Made by a program: the position numbers and the translations under genes. 64,000 nt of DNA from Lama glama (taxonomy: Eukaryota): positions 21,330,001 to 21,394,000 of the forward strand of contig CM052816.1 in the NCBI GenBank assembly GCA_028534125.1. Reading direction: 5' to 3'. The first letter of the stretch is position 1; the number at the start of each line of letters is the position of its first letter. Below, piece by piece: positions 42,137-56,849 of the stretch. Below the pieces are notes generated by a model. It saw only the letters and a program-made list of their open reading frames with translations. It was not told where the DNA came from and did no database searches.

Positions 42137-44740
42137 TAGACCAAAACCAGACAAAGACAATACCAAAAAAGAAAATTACAGGCCAATATCTTTGATGGAT
42201 ATAGATGCAAAAATTCTCAACAAAACATTAGCAAACTGAATCCAACAACATATAAAAAAGATCATACACCATGATCAAGTAGGATTCATGCCAGGGTCAC
42301 AAGGATTGTTCAACGTATGCAAATCAATCAATGTGATATGTCACATCAACAAAAGAAAGGACAAAAACCTCATAATGATCTCAACAGATGCAGAAAAAGC
42401 ATTTGATAAAATTCAACATCCATTCATGAAAAAACTTTTACCAAAGTAGGTGTAGAGGAACATATCTCAACATCATAAAAGCTATTTATGACAAACCCAC
42501 AGCCACATAAAATACTTTTCAATGGTGAAAAACTGAAAGCGTTCTTACTAAAATCTGGAACAAGACAAGGATGCCCACTCTCCACTTCCAGTCAATATAA
42601 ATGGAAGTCCTAGCCACAGCAATCAGGCAAGAAAAAGAAATAAATGGGATCCAAATTGGAAGAGCAGATATAAAATTGTCATTATATGAAGATGACATGA
42701 TACTATATATAGAAAACCCTAAAGACTCCACACAAAAACTACTAGAGCTGATAAACAAATTCAGCAAGGTAGCAGGATAAAAGATACAGAAGTCTGTTGC
42801 ACTTCTTTACACTAACAATGAAACATCAGAAAAGAAAAGTTTTTTAAAAATCCATTTTATAATTGCATCATAAGAAAAAAATACTTTGGAATAAAGCTGA
42901 CCAAGGAGGTGAAAGACTCATTTGCTAAGAATTATACTTCATTGATCAAGGAAAATGAAAATGATTCAAAGAAATGGAAAGACACGCTCTTGGACTGGAA
43001 GAATTAACATGGTTAAAATGGCCATACTACTTAAAGCAATCTATAGATTTAATGCGATCCCTACCAAATTGCCCAGAACATTTCCCACAGAGTTAGAACA
43101 AATAATCGTAAAATTTATATGAAACCATATAGGACCCAGAATTGCCAAAGCAATCCTGAGGAAAAAGAACAAAGCTTGGAGGAATAATCCTCCCAGATTT
43201 CAGACAATAGCTCAAAGCCACAGTAGCGAAAACAGCATGGTATTGGCACCAAAACAGACATATGGATCAATGGAACAGAACAGAGAGCTCAGAAATAAGC
43301 CCACACATCTATGGTCAATTAATCTTTGACAAAGGAGGCAAGAATATACAATGGAGAAAAGACAGTCTCTTCAGCAAGTGTTGTTGGGAAAACTGGACAG
43401 TTGCGTGTAAATCAATGAAGTTAGAACACTCCCTCACACTATACACAAAAATAAACTCAAAATGACTTAAAGACTTAAATATAAAACATGACACCATAAA
43501 ACTAGCAGAGAACATAGGCAAAACATTCTCTGACATAAATCATACCAATATTTTCTAAGGTCAATCTCCCAAGGCAATAGAAATAAAAGCAAAAATTAAA
43601 AAATGGGACCTAATCAAATTTAAAAGCTTTTGCAGAGCAAATGAAACCACGAAAAAATGAAAACACAACCTACGGACTAGAAGAAAATATTCACAAATGA
43701 TGCAACTGACAAGGGCTTAATTTCCAAAATATACAAATAGCTAATATAACTCAATAACAAAAAACAAACAACCCCATCAAAACAATGGGCAGAAGACCTA
43801 AATAGACATATTTCCAAAAAAGACATACAGATGGCCAATAGACATACGAAAAGATGCTCAACATCTCTACCTATTAGAGAAATGAAAATCAAAACTACAG
43901 TGAGGTACTACCTCACACTGGTAAGAATGATCATCATTAAAAGCTCTACAAATAACAAATACTGGAAAGGGTGTGGAGAAGAGGGTACCCTCCTACACCA
44001 TTGGTAGGAAAGTAAATTGGTACAGCCACTATGGAAAATAGCATGGAGATTGCTTAAAAAACTAAAAATAGAGTTGCCATATGATCCAGGAATCCTACTC
44101 CTGGGCATATATCTAGAGAAAATTCTAATTCAAAAACATAGATTCACCCCAATGATCATAGCAGCACTATTTACAACAGCCAAGACATGGAAGCAAACTA
44201 AATGTCCATCTATAAATCAATGAATAAAGAAGATGTGGTGTATACACACAATGGAATACTACTCATCCATAAAAAAAGAATGAAATAATGCCATTTGCAG
44301 CAACATGGATGACCTAGAGATTATCATACTAAGTGAAGTAAGCTAGAAAGAGAAAGACAAATACCACATGATAGCACTGACATGTGGAATCTAAACTATG
44401 ACACAAATAAACTTATTTACAAAGCAGAAACAGACTTACAGACATAGAAGACAAACTTATGGTTACCAAAGAGGAAAGGGGATGGAGGAAGGATAAATCA
44501 GGAGTTTGGGATTAGCAGATACAAACTACTATACATAAAATCAATAAACAAGAAGATAAACAACTGTATAGCTCAGGGAACTATACTCAATATCCTGTAA
44601 TAAATCATAATGGAAAAGAATATGAAAAAGAATATGTATATATATAACTGAATTACTTTGCTGCACACCAGAAACTAACACAGTATTGTAAATCAAGTAT
44701 ACTGCAATTTAAAAATATAAAAATAAAAATAAAAAATAAA
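42137..44740 (+). mobile_element. 5'-truncated L1 (RT domain through 3'UTR and A tail), inactive
   Basis: Colinear with 7870-10450. The RT motif reads YEDD; multiple frameshifts. Confidence 0.95.
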
Positions 44741-44826
44741 CCAAATGATATTGAAGTGGGAGAGCTTGCCCTACTAGATATCAAGCCTTAATAACTAGGT
44801 CAGCCTGGTGCTGACACGGGGAAGAG

Positions 44827-45035
44827 CAGTGGCTCTCAACAGAGGGCGATTTTTCCCTGTTGAACATTTGGCAAATTTTGGCTGTCACAGCTGCAGAGGA
44901 GGAAGGGGATGCTACAGTCATCTAGTGCTTTATAAAGGCCAAGGGTGCTACTAAACATCCTACACTGCATGGGACAGCTCCCACAAAGAATTAGCCTATT
45001 CAAAATGTCAATAGTGCCATGGTTGCGAAATCCTG
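44827..45035 (+). mobile_element. MER20 (hAT-Charlie) MITE
   Basis: cagtggctctcaac...aaatgtcaatagtgcc...aaatcctg; 8-bp TSD gggaagag/cggaagag. Confidence 0.85.
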
Positions 45036-45089
45036 CGGAAGAGAGATAGACCAATAAATTACCAAGAAAAAAGATACGACCTTGGGGCG

Positions 45090-45560
45090 GGGCATATCCA
45101 TCAGGAAACAGCTGGAACACTCATGTTAGGTAACTTGAGGAGAGTTTATTTAATAAAGGGACCATTATAAAAGTGAGAACAAGGTGAGGGAAAGCCACGA
45201 GAGAAAATGGAGTACTGGGGCTAATCACAGGCGCTGTAACAGAAGAGGAAATAGTTACTGAAACTCAGACATTCATCCAGAGGGCTATATGGAGAGAACT
45301 ACTGGTAGGAGCTGGGACCCTCAGTGAAGGAACACAGCCAGCCTGCAGCAGCCTTGCAAGGAGAGAGCTGGGAGGACACGCACCCTGACTTGACTGAGTT
45401 CCTATCCTTTGATCCCCTGTCTGTGCTCCCCATGGCCAAACCCAATGGGGAGCCCCTTAGCAAAGAAGTCATTAATGTAGTCTAGACAGGTCTGCTTCCC
45501 AGGACATGGAAAAAGCTAAAGAAGGGGTGGGAAAGGGACTGAAGGAGAAAACAGGAGGTT
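45090..45560 (-). mobile_element. ERVL-class solo LTR (LTR41-like)
   Basis: Motifs gaggagagtttatttaataaaggga and gtgctccccatggccaaacccaa; subfamily from recognition only. Confidence 0.5.
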
Positions 45561-48500
45561 TCCAGCGCCAAAGGAAAGATTTCATCAATAAACCCCCAAA
45601 GTACAAATCATTAAGAAAAAGAATGACACAGTCAACATTCCTCAAATTTACCATAAGAAGAATGAAAACAGAAGCCACAATCTAGGACAAACACTTTTAT
45701 CATGTATAAAAGACAAAGCATTAGTTTCCAGAATGTGTAACAAAGTCCTCACAATCAATAAGAAAAAGATAAATAACCCACTAGAAGAAAAAAGTAAATG
45801 ACATGAATAAGCATTTCTTAGAACAGGAAACCCTGATGGCCAATACACATATAAAGATGTTCAGCCTTGTTAGTAGAAATGCAAAATTAAACCACAGTGA
45901 GATAACATTTCACACCCACCCGACTGGCAAAAATGAGAAAGTCAGATATTATGAATCTTGCCCAGGATGTGAAGTAAAAGGAATTCTTACACGTTGTGAG
46001 CGGGACAGTAAACTGGTACTTTTGAAATGCAGTGCGTGGTAAACCTGATGATGCATGTTCTCTATGACCCAGAATTTCAATCTACTCTATATTCTAAAGA
46101 AATTCTTGCATGTGTACATCAGGAGCTAAAAGCAAGTATGTTCATAACAGCATTGGATTTTTAAATAAACTTTTTATTTTAGAATAATTTTAAATTTAGA
46201 GAAAAATTGTGAAGACAGTACAGAGCACTCTACATTCAATTTCCCCTATTATTAACATCTTATATAAGTAATGTACATTTGTTACATTGATGAAACCAAT
46301 ACCGATACATTATTATTAATTAAAGTCTATACCTTATTTAGATTTCCTTATTATTTACCTAACATCCTTTCTGCGTTCATTGTTTTTAATAGCTAAAACA
46401 GGAGAAAATACGTAAATATCCATCAGTAGGTAAGTAAATTGTGTTTTATTCATTCACTGGATTACAGGAAATACAGTAGAATTCATTTGGAATGTACAGC
46501 TACATGGATCAACATGGCTGAGTCTGAAAACATTTTGTTGAGCAATAAAAGCCAATCTTAAATACATTCAAAATGATTCCATTTATGAAAACATAATCAT
46601 ATATAGTTTGAGGATATTTACATATGTGATAAAACTACAAAGAGCAGCAAAGAAAGTAATAACCACAAAAATCAAAATAGTGCTTACCCCTGGTGGGAAG
46701 GAAATGAGTGCTATGGAAGAGACACCTTCATAGGGATGGGATGGTGGGCATATGGGTTTTTATTTTGTTAAGCTTTAAATTGTGCATGTATGCTTTATTT
46801 TGTATGTATGATATGTTTCATAATAATAATTTTAAAGCTCTTATCCTCTTGCTTTGCTTTTTTCCCCCTAAGGCATATTTTCCACACAGTCCTCATCTTC
46901 CAGAATTCTGGCTTAAGGGAAAAGGTGATGCATTAGAGTCAGAGGAAGCAGGAACCCTGGGCCTCCATGCCCACACCAAAGAAATGTGATTATGTCTCTT
47001 ATCATCCTTTCAAACCCCACCACACATCATGGTGCTTCCTGTTTCTCAGAAGCTGAAAAAGGTGCTGACAAAATGTAATGAGTGGAAGGAAGCGAGGCTG
47101 TTTATACAGATCCACCCAGAAGCCTGGGTATCGTCCCGGTGGACAGGCTGGGCTCTCAGCTGGGGTCAGGAGCAAAGGCCAAACCCAGGCCCCCTGGGAG
47201 GCAAACCACTCTAAATCTGAAGATCCATGGAGCAGGTGACTCTCACTGTAAGAGCAAGAAAGGCCAGTCCCCTGCCCCCAGAGAAGCCTTCCACAACAGT
47301 GCAGGCACTGCTGGGCTCTGGGCATGGACTCCAGCTGGGGCCTGGGGACGTTTGCCACCACTGGTGCCCTGATATTCCTCCATATCCATCCCTCGCTTGT
47401 CTGGTCACATGGTTGTTCATCTATCACCCAGCAAACACTCACTTGGCGCCTATAATGTGCCAGGCACTGTTGTCGGCACTGGCCACATGGCAGGGAGCAG
47501 GACACAGGCCTGCTCTAGCTGCGTTACGCCAGCAGAAGGGTCAGACAACAAGCAAACAAAACCACTATAAACTGGTTAAGTACTATCCAGGAAAAACAGA
47601 CAAAGGTAGAGGTAAAATAACCTCATGTCAAGATGTGAGCATGAAAGTTAGGCAACTTGAGTTCAAATTCTACTGCTTATTCTTTGGGCATGTTAATTAA
47701 CCTTTCCAGGCCTCAGTTTCCTTTTAAATACATTGGAATTGATAATCAAAACTACTAAACAGAGTTGATTGGACACTTATTCTTTAAAAAGAAAATCTAC
47801 TGAGCACCTCTGTGTGCCAGGCAGTAAGGATTAGTAGTGAAGATAATAGGCAAGGCCTTGCCCTCAGGGAGTTTACACCTTGGAGGAAGTCACTGGATAA
47901 GCAAAGGCCATTTCAGATAGTGATAAGGGCTAGACAATGATGTGACAGAGGGAGATTAGGGAGGTACTGGGGAGCAAGGGCCACCTTATGTGTCAGACAA
48001 GGTCTCTGTGCTAATAATGGTAAGGAGCCAGCTCTGCAGAAGTCTATGGGAAGAGACAGTTTAATAGAAGGAACAGCAGGAGTGAAAGTCCTGAAGTGGG
48101 AATGAACTTGGCGTGGTTGAGGAACAGCAGGAAGACAGAGGTGGCTGGAGCACATTAGTTGGGGGTTAGGAGACAAGGCTGGGGGGGAAGGGAGGGCCCA
48201 TGCACGCCATAGAAAAGGACACTGCATTCTTCTAGTAATGGGAACTCACTGAAGGTTTAAAGCAGAGGAGGGATATTATCCAATTTATGTTCTTAAAAGG
48301 TTTCTTGTGTGGAAACAGATGAAGGTGTTAATGTTTAATCAAGGGAATAAGTTAGGTTATTGCTCTAGTGTTGCTGGCTTGAACTCAGGTCTGTGTAATA
48401 TGGGGTGAACAGCACAGCGTGGGTTGGAGGAGGCAGAATCCCAACATGCAGGGCCTGTAGTAGGAGCCTGATCTCTGTCCTCTCCCACCCGCTGCAGCTT

Positions 48501-50620
48501 CTTCCCTGCCCTTGGGATACATATCTGAATTCTACTTCCAGCTGGGAAAGACGTCCTCCTTTCTCCTCACCTGCTAGCCTGGAGCCCTCTGGTATAACTC
48601 AGATGTATGCTGTGCTCTCCCAGCTCCTGAGATCTCAATGAGAGGCTCCAACTCCCATTTGCCCACTTGCCAGTCCAAAGTCTTTGCCAAGGTGGCTATA
48701 CATCCCAGGGGCTTGTGTTTGCATGACCACCACTGAATCCCTGCTCCTGCTCCTTGTGGCCCCTCCAGACATTCTACGAGTGCTGCTCCTGTTCTGCACC
48801 CCAAAAGAGTGCAGCACTTTCCATAGACTCCTGTTCACCCAGCAAAGCTTACCAGCCACCCAGATCTCCTTGTGGCAGAAGCAATCTCAAACTGAACATT
48901 AGCGTTCTTGTTCTTTGAAGCCCTGTAGCCATCCCACCACAGTGGGTTTTCCTCTTCCCCACCCCCTTTTTCATGCCCTTCGTGCCATCTTGCCAGTTCT
49001 GCCTACCTCCTCAGCCAATTTCAGTTCATTTTACAGAGCAATTTCCTAGCCCTTTTTTCACCTAAGGACCCACGCTTTGGCTGGGATCCCCTGCTCCCTC
49101 TGCTGGCGGATCCAGGTATTTCCCCCAAGAATTCCTACTAAAGCTGGATTCGGTAACAGGCTGCCATTGAAGCGCCTGCACATACAGTGGTCCTGAGAGT
49201 TTATGGTGCTTAACACATATCACAAAACAAATGAAGCCTGCCTGACACAGAAGCCTGGGCTGAAGGAAGCGAAACTCTGTTTACTATCCCTTGGCTGAGG
49301 CACACAGTTTTTCGGGACAGTCACATGTCCCAACACCTCCCTCTGGTGGCTGACGGATGTTAATTCTGGAATCCACTGTCCCCACCTCAGAAGCACCAGC
49401 CTTCTCCACCATGACCCCCACCAGCACACTCTCCAGGTGTGGACAGAGCCAAATCCTCAGACTGAGTTCTTTCTTCTGGACGGGAGCCATTAGATTTCTT
49501 GGGGCCTACCCAGTTGAGCTCAGTAATGATCTGAGTCAAGGCGAGAAGACAGGCGGGCCCCTGAACTGGGAAGGCCTAGGGAATCTAGAGATCACCCATC
49601 CTTGGTCTCAGGTTATTCTCTTGATCACTCTGTGTCTCACAGCTTCTTTCTCCCCACCCTAAACACTGGCCCAGTGGGCAGTAAGAACAAACTCAGGGGA
49701 CAAGGGTGAATCTGGCCAGTGGGTTAGAAACAAATGCACTGACAGAATTAGAATTATGTCCAAACATTACTATTTATCTCCTCATCCCTCAGGCTCATAG
49801 CAGGGGGATAGGGGCCTGCCTTACTCATCCCTCAGATCCTAGCACAGCGCTGGCAATACATAAGTATTAGATGGCAGAATGAATGGTGGAGGGATGGATG
49901 CGTGTAATGAATGTGGCTCATTCACTCCCTCCTGCCTTCTCTTCCTGTCCCTGGAGTGCAGTGCGCTGTGGCTTTTAAAATAGTTTCCCACTCAACTACC
50001 TCCCTGACTCTCCCACCTCCAGCTCCCAGGGGACAGTTCTTCTGGTTCCCCTCTGGTCTTGGTCCCCCAAACTCACCTTTGTTGTCAGAGCACTGGGCTT
50101 GAAGGCTCTCATGGCCCCATCAGTAACTGAAATGGGGCTCTCTTGGACCTAGGAAGTAAGTGGGATAAGAAGGCACCTAACTTTACTTAGGATTGTGGTA
50201 TCCTGACTCAGAGTTGCAGTTCTTTCTCTCTCTTCAGCATCAAAAGTGTCACATGTATGATGTAAACTATATACACATGCATAAAGGTAAAAAACAAAAT
50301 CTTCCCAGAAGTATTCTCCGTCAGTTGGGGATATGCTGTTACTTTATAATCTTAGCGTCATTCACTTTGCCAGGTGAGCACTTTGACTATCCATCTTTGA
50401 TAGATGAAGGAAATGAGGATTAGAGAGGATGAGAGTGGCCAAGTAACTTGCTGAAGGTCACACAGCTTGTGAATGGTAGGTTGGAATGCAGCATGAGGAC
50501 TAAAGGTAAGTGCTGGGAGAGTACTCTGAAAAGAGCAAGAAGTTTTCTCAAGTGCTTTACCATGAGCTGGTCATGTGTTTTCTGTCACTCAGGCTATGAA
50601 TGCAAAAGTTAAACAGTGTT

Positions 50621-50741
50621 GCGGGGAGGGTATAGCTCAAGTAGTAGAGCGCATGCTTAACATGCAGGAGGTTCTGGGTTCAATCCCTAGTACCTCCTCT
50701 AAAAATAAATAAAGTAAATAAAACTAATTACCCTCCCCCCA
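50621..50741 (+). mobile_element. tRNA-derived SINE (camelid Vic-1-like) with 17-bp TSD
   Basis: ggggagggtatagctcaagt...ggttcaatccc head; aaaagttaaacagtgtt at 50604-50620 and 50742-50758. Confidence 0.88.
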
Positions 50742-51281
50742 AAAAGTTAAACAGTGTTAGCAGTAACTAGCTACAGGAGGATTTCTGAGCTGGGATGGGG
50801 TTGGAGTTGGAGTGGGTAGGGGCATGTTCCAGTTTGGGCTCCCACAATTTCTGTTCCTGTAACTCTGGGTTACAAAACTGTCAATTTCCTTGTCGCTGGA
50901 TCCTGTGCTCCTTGAGGACAACCACTGTATTTTATCTTACAGCTTTATTGAGGTATAAATAATGTAGGAGAAACTGGACTTAAAATTGTACAATTTAATA
51001 AGTTTGGAATATGTATGCATTAGGGAGACCATAACCACAACCAAGATAATGAAGAGACCTAATTACTCCCCAAAGTTTTCTCGTGCCACTTAGAAATCCC
51101 TTCCCTCACTCTTTTTGTTGCTTGCCCACCCCCAGGCAATCACTGGTCTGTTTTCTGTCACTATAGATTAGTAACAGTATAGATTTCTAGAATTTTATAA
51201 AAATGATATAATCCCTAGCCTGGTTTCTCTGACTCGGCAGAATTATTTTGTGATATATCCATATTGTTGTAGGTATCAATA

Positions 51282-51609
51282 TAGCTGGCCCTTGAACAAC
51301 TCAGGTTTGAACTATGAGTCCACTTAAATGCAGATTTTTAGGAATAAATACATATATGTACTGTAAATGTATTTTCTCTTCTTTATGATTTTCTTAATAG
51401 CATTTTCTTTTCTCTAGCTTACTTTATTGTAAGAATACACTATATAATACATACACAAAATATGTATTCCTCGACTGTTTATGTTATCTGTAAGGTCAAC
51501 AGTAGGCTCTTAGTAGTTAAATTTTGGGGCAGTCAAAAGTTACATGTGGAGTTTCAGTTGTATGGGGGAATTGGCATCCCTAACCCCCACATTGTTGAAG
51601 GGTCAACTG
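51282..51609. mobile_element. Tigger2a/MER8-type MITE
   Basis: Inverted termini tagctggcccttgaacaa / ttgttgaagggtcaactg with TA flanks. Confidence 0.8.
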
Positions 51610-54600
51610 TAGTTTATTCCTTGTTTGCTTTATTTTATTTTAAAATTAACATACAGTAAAAAAGGACTTTTTTGGTGAACAGTTGTATGGATTTTAACTT
51701 AGGTATAGATTTGAGTAACCAACAGCACAATCAGAATACAGAACAAAAAGATCCTTGGTGCTATCCCTTTGGAGTCTCATCTCACTTCACCCCAAACCTC
51801 TGGGAACTACTGATCTGATCTCCATCAACATAGTCTTGTCTTTTCGAGAATGTCATATTATTGGAATCAAGCAGTCTGTAGCCTTTTGAGACCAGCTTTC
51901 TTTACTCAGCACAGTTACTTAGAAATTCACCTAAATTGTTTTTCTTTTTCTTTCTTTCATGTTTTTGTTTTTTGGAGGAGTAGTATTTCATTGCATGGAT
52001 GTATGAGGTTGTTTACTTGTTGAATACTTGAGTTGCTTCCAGTATTTGACAATTATAAATAGATGTGTATAGGTATTTTGGTGACCATACATCTTCATAC
52101 CTGGAAGTGGAATCAGTGGATCACAGAAATAGGATCGCTGGATCACGTAATAAAGGAATGTTCAGTTATATAAGAAACTGCCAAATTGTTTTCCAAAGTA
52201 GCTTATAGTTTTGTATTTCCATCTGCAATGAATGAGAATTTGAGTTGCTCCGTCTCCTGACCAACACTTGACTTGGTCCTGCCAATGTATTTTTTTAATA
52301 ATTCTTATTTTTTATTGAAGTGTAGTTGATTTACAATGTTAGTTTCAGGTGTACAGCAAAGCGATTCAGTTATACATATAAATATTTTTCAGATTCTTTT
52401 CCATTATAGCTCATTCCAAGAAACTGAATACAGTTCCCTGTGCTATACAGTAGGCCCCTGTTGTTTATCTACTTTATATATAGTAATGTGTATCTATTAA
52501 TCCCAAATTTCTAATCTATCCCTCCCTACCCCCCTTCCCCACTGGTAACCAGTTTTTTTTCTATGTCTGTGAGTCTATTTCTGGTTTGTAAATAAAATTT
52601 GTATCTTTTTTTTTTCAGATTCCACATATAAGCAACATCATATATTTGTCTTTCTCTGTCTGACTTACTTCACTTAGTAATGATAATCTCTAGGTCCATC
52701 CATGTTGCTGCAAATGGCATTATTTCATTCTTCTTTTGGGCTGAATAATAGTCCATTGTGTGTATGTGTGTGTGTATGTGTGTATGTATGTATGTGTATA
52801 TATATATACACACACACACACATATATATATACACATACCACATCTTCTTTTATCCTAACCATTCTAATAGATGTGCAGTGGTATCTTATCATAGTTTCA
52901 ATATGCATTTACACAATAGTTATTGATGTTGAACACTTACATGTAATTATTGATATATTACAGCTTAAGCCTGCCATTTTATTTTTTGTTTTGTTTTATT
53001 TATTCTTGTTTCTCACTTGTTTTCTTTTTTCTGTTTTCTGAGTTCTTTATATATTTTAGGTATACATTTTTTATTCAATATAGGATTTACAAATATTTTC
53101 AAGTCTATGGCCTGACTTTCCATTTTCTTGATGATGTCTTTTGAAATGAAAATTTTTTACATTTTGAAGTCTAATTTGTCAATTTTTCATTTATGAATTA
53201 TGCTTTTGGTGTTATAGCTCAGAAGTCTTTGCTTAATACAAGGTCACAAACATATTCTCCAATGTTTGTTTCTAAACATTTTATAGCTTTAGCTATTACA
53301 TTTAGGTCTGTGATCCACTTTCAGTTAATTTTTACATGTGATGTGAGGTAAGCATATAAGTTCTTCTCGATGTATGTGGATATTCAATTGTCCTAACACC
53401 ATTTATTAAAAGTACAGTTGAATTGCCTTGGGGCTTTTATTGAAAATGAATTGACTATAAATGTAAGAGTTTGTTTTGGTAGTCTCAATTATGTTCCAAA
53501 TGTATGTATGTATTTATCTTTGTGTCAGTACCACACTATTTCAATTACTAGTAGCATTATAGTAAGTAATCACTGGTTCGATTACTGTAGCATTATAGTA
53601 AGTTTTTATTTAATTTTTTTATTGAGTTATAGTTGAAGCACAACATTGTGTAAATTTTAGTTGTACAATGTATTGCTTTGACACATTTATATTGCAATAT
53701 AATTGCCACAGTAGCATTAGCTATCACCTCTATTAATGGTCAGAATGCAGTTTTGTTGTCTATAATAATTGTACTATGTATTAGGTCTCCAGAACTTACT
53801 TATCTACTAGTTGCAAGTTTGTGCCCTTAAACAACATCTATCTCATTCACTCACCCTGTAGCCCCTGGTTACCTCCATTTTGCTCTTTACTTTTATGATT
53901 CCAGTTTTCTTAAATTCTACATATAAAACATATTATACAATATTTGTCTTTCTCTGTCTGACTTACCTCACTTAACATAATGTCCTCAAAGTCCATCCAT
54001 GTTGTTGAAAATGGCAGTTTTTTTTTTCTCATGAATGAATAGAATTCCATTGTATAAATACATCACATCTTCTTTTTCCATTCATTCACTGATGGACATT
54101 TAGGTTGTTTTAGTATCTTGGCTATTGTGAATAATGCTGCAATGAACATGGGAGTATAAATATCTTTTTGATATCCTATTTTCACTTCCTTTTGATATAT
54201 ACCCAGAAGTGGGATTGCTGGATCACATAGTTCTATTCTTTTTGAGGAAACTCTATACTGTTCTCAATAGTTAGTGAACGAGTTACAATCCTACAAACAG
54301 TGCACAAGTGTTCCTTTTTTTTTTTTACATTCCCACCAACACTTGTTATCTCTTGTTTTCTTGATGCTAGCTGCTAACCAGGCATGAGATGATATCTCAT
54401 CATAGTTTTTGAACTGCATTTCCCTGATGTTCTTCTTGGCCATTTGGATGTCTTCTTTGGGAAAATGTCTACTTAGTCCCTCTGTTGATTTTTCAATTGG
54501 ATTCTTTTTTGTTGTTTGTATTATTGAATTGTATGAGTTCTTTTCTTTTAAATTCTTATTTTTTATTGATGTATAATTGATTTACAATGTTAGTTTCAGG

Positions 54601-54620
54601 TGTACAGTAAAGCGATTCAG

Positions 54621-54675
<55 letters not shown>

Positions 54676-54680
54676 CAGAT
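54621..54680 (+). repeat. (AGAT)13-AGAC-AGAT tetranucleotide microsatellite inside a short L1 3' end
   Basis: Directly counted. The host fragment is bounded by aattgtat(g/c)agttcttt at 54527-54543 and 54706-54722. Confidence 0.95.
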
Positions 54681-56705
54681 TTTCAGATTCTTTTCCATTA
54701 CATTAAATTGTATCAGTTCTTTATAAATTTTGGATATTAACACCTTATCTGATACAAGGTATGCAAAAATTTTCTCACATTCTACAGGTGTTACCTTTTC
54801 ATTTTGTTCATTGTTTCTTTTGCTGTACAGAAGCTTTTAATTTTGATGTAATCTCCTTACTGAATTTTTTCTTTTGTTGTTTATGGTTTTGGTGTCATAC
54901 CCAAAAAATCATTGCTAAGGCCAGTGTCAAGGAGATTCTTCCCTATGTTTTCTTCTAGGAGTTTATTGGCTTCAGGTCTTATGTTTGAGTCTTTGATCCA
55001 CTTCTAGTTAATATTTGTGAGTGGTATAAGATAGGGGTCAAATTTCATTTTTCTGCAGTTGGTATCCAGTTTTCTTGATGAGATTATCCTTTCTTTATTG
55101 AATGCTCCTGGCTCCCATATCATATATTAACTGACCATATGAACAGGGCTTTAAGTCTAGGCTCTCTATTCTGTTCCATTGGTCTATATGTCTATTTTTA
55201 TGCCACTACTGTACTGTTTTAATTACTATAGCTTTGTAGTATAGTTTGAAATTAAGAAATGTGATGCCTCCAGTTTTGCTTTTCTTTCTCATGATTGCTT
55301 TGGCCATTTGAGGTCTTCTGTGGTCCCATACAAACTTTAGGATTGTTTCTTCTATTTCTGTGAAAAATGTTACTGGAATTTTGATAGAGATTGCACTGAA
55401 TCTATAGATGGCTTCTGGTGGCATGGACATTTTAACAATATTAGTTCTTACAATCCATGAAAATAGGAAGTCCTTCCATTTGTTTAGGTCTTTTTCTTTC
55501 AGCAAAGTCTTATAGCTTTCATTATATATCTCTTTCACTTCTGTGGTTAAATTTATTCCTATGTATTTTATTGTTTTTGATGCTGTTATGAATGAGACAG
55601 TTTTCTTTATTTCTTTTTCAGGTGTTTCATTGTTAGTGTATAGAAAAGCAACAGATTTCTGTGTATTGATTTTATATCCTGCAGCTTTACTTAATTCATT
55701 GATTAGATCCAACAGTTTTTTACTTGAGTCTTTGGGGTTTTCAACATATTAGTGCATATAATCAGCAAATAAAAAAGTTTTTACCTCGTCCTTTTCAATT
55801 TGGATGACTTTTATTTCTTCGTTTCGCCTGACTGCTCTAGGTAGAACTTTCAGTACTATGATGCCTAAGTGTGATGAGAGTGAGTGCCCTTATCTTGTTC
55901 TTTATCCTAAAGGAAAAGCTCTCAATTTTTCTCCCTTGAGTGTATTGTTAGCTGTGGCTTTGCTGTATGTAGCCTTTATTACATTGAGGTGTGTTCCTTC
56001 TATATCCAATCTGTTGAGGGTTTTTATAATGAAGGGATGTTGCATTTTGTCAAATGTTTTTTCATCACATGAGATGATCATATGATTTTATCTTTCATTC
56101 TTTTAATGTGGTATATCACATTTATTGATTTGCATTTTTTGGACCACCTTTGCAGGGATAAATCTCACTTGGTCATAGTGTATAACCTTTTCAATGAGTT
56201 CTTGAGTTTAGCTTACTAATATTTTGTTAAGAATTTTTGCATATATATTGACCAAGGGTATTGAGCTATAGTTCTCTTTTCTCATAGAATCTTTATTTGA
56301 CTTTGGTATAGGTAATGCTGGCCTTGTAGGATGAGTTTAGGAATGTTCCCTTCTCTTCAATATTTTGGAAAAGTTTGAGAAGGATTGACATTAATTCTTC
56401 TTTAAATGTTTGGTAGAATTCTTCTGTAAAGCCATCTTGTCCTAGAGCTTTCTGTGTTGGGAGGTTTTTCATTACTGGTTCAACCTTCTTATTCATTATT
56501 GATCTGTTCAGATTTGCTATTTCTTTGTTCATTATTGGTCTGTTCAGATTTGCTATTTCTTCCTGGTTCAGTCTTAGTAGGTTATATGATTCTACAAAAT
56601 TATCCATTTCTCCTAAGTTATCTAATTTGTTGGTGTATATTTTTTTATAATAGTCTTTTAGGAGCCTATGTCTTTCTGTAGTGTCAGTTATTATTTCTCC
56701 TCTTT

Positions 56706-56849
56706 AATTTTTTTAAAGTTTTTTTTTTCTGGTGGGAGGAGGTAGTTAGGTTCATTTATTTATTTACTTTCAGATGAGGTACTAGATATTGAACCCCAGA
56801 CCTTATGCATGCTAAGCATGTGCTCTACCACTTGAGCTATACCCTCCCC
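56706..56849 (-). mobile_element. tRNA-derived SINE (camelid Vic-1-like) nested in L1
   Basis: Reverse complement of the same head; tctcctcttt repeated at 56696-56705 and 56851-56860. Confidence 0.85.

Noticed and set aside
47002..47700. 157-167 aa ORFs in GC-richer intergenic DNA
   Set aside because: No recognisable domain or exon structure, and partly overlapping L2/MIR remnants.
50621..50700. tRNA-Ala-like sequences (also at 16215 and 56849) as tRNA genes
   Set aside because: They have a shared non-tRNA tail, A-rich ends and TSDs in at least two copies, so they are SINEs.
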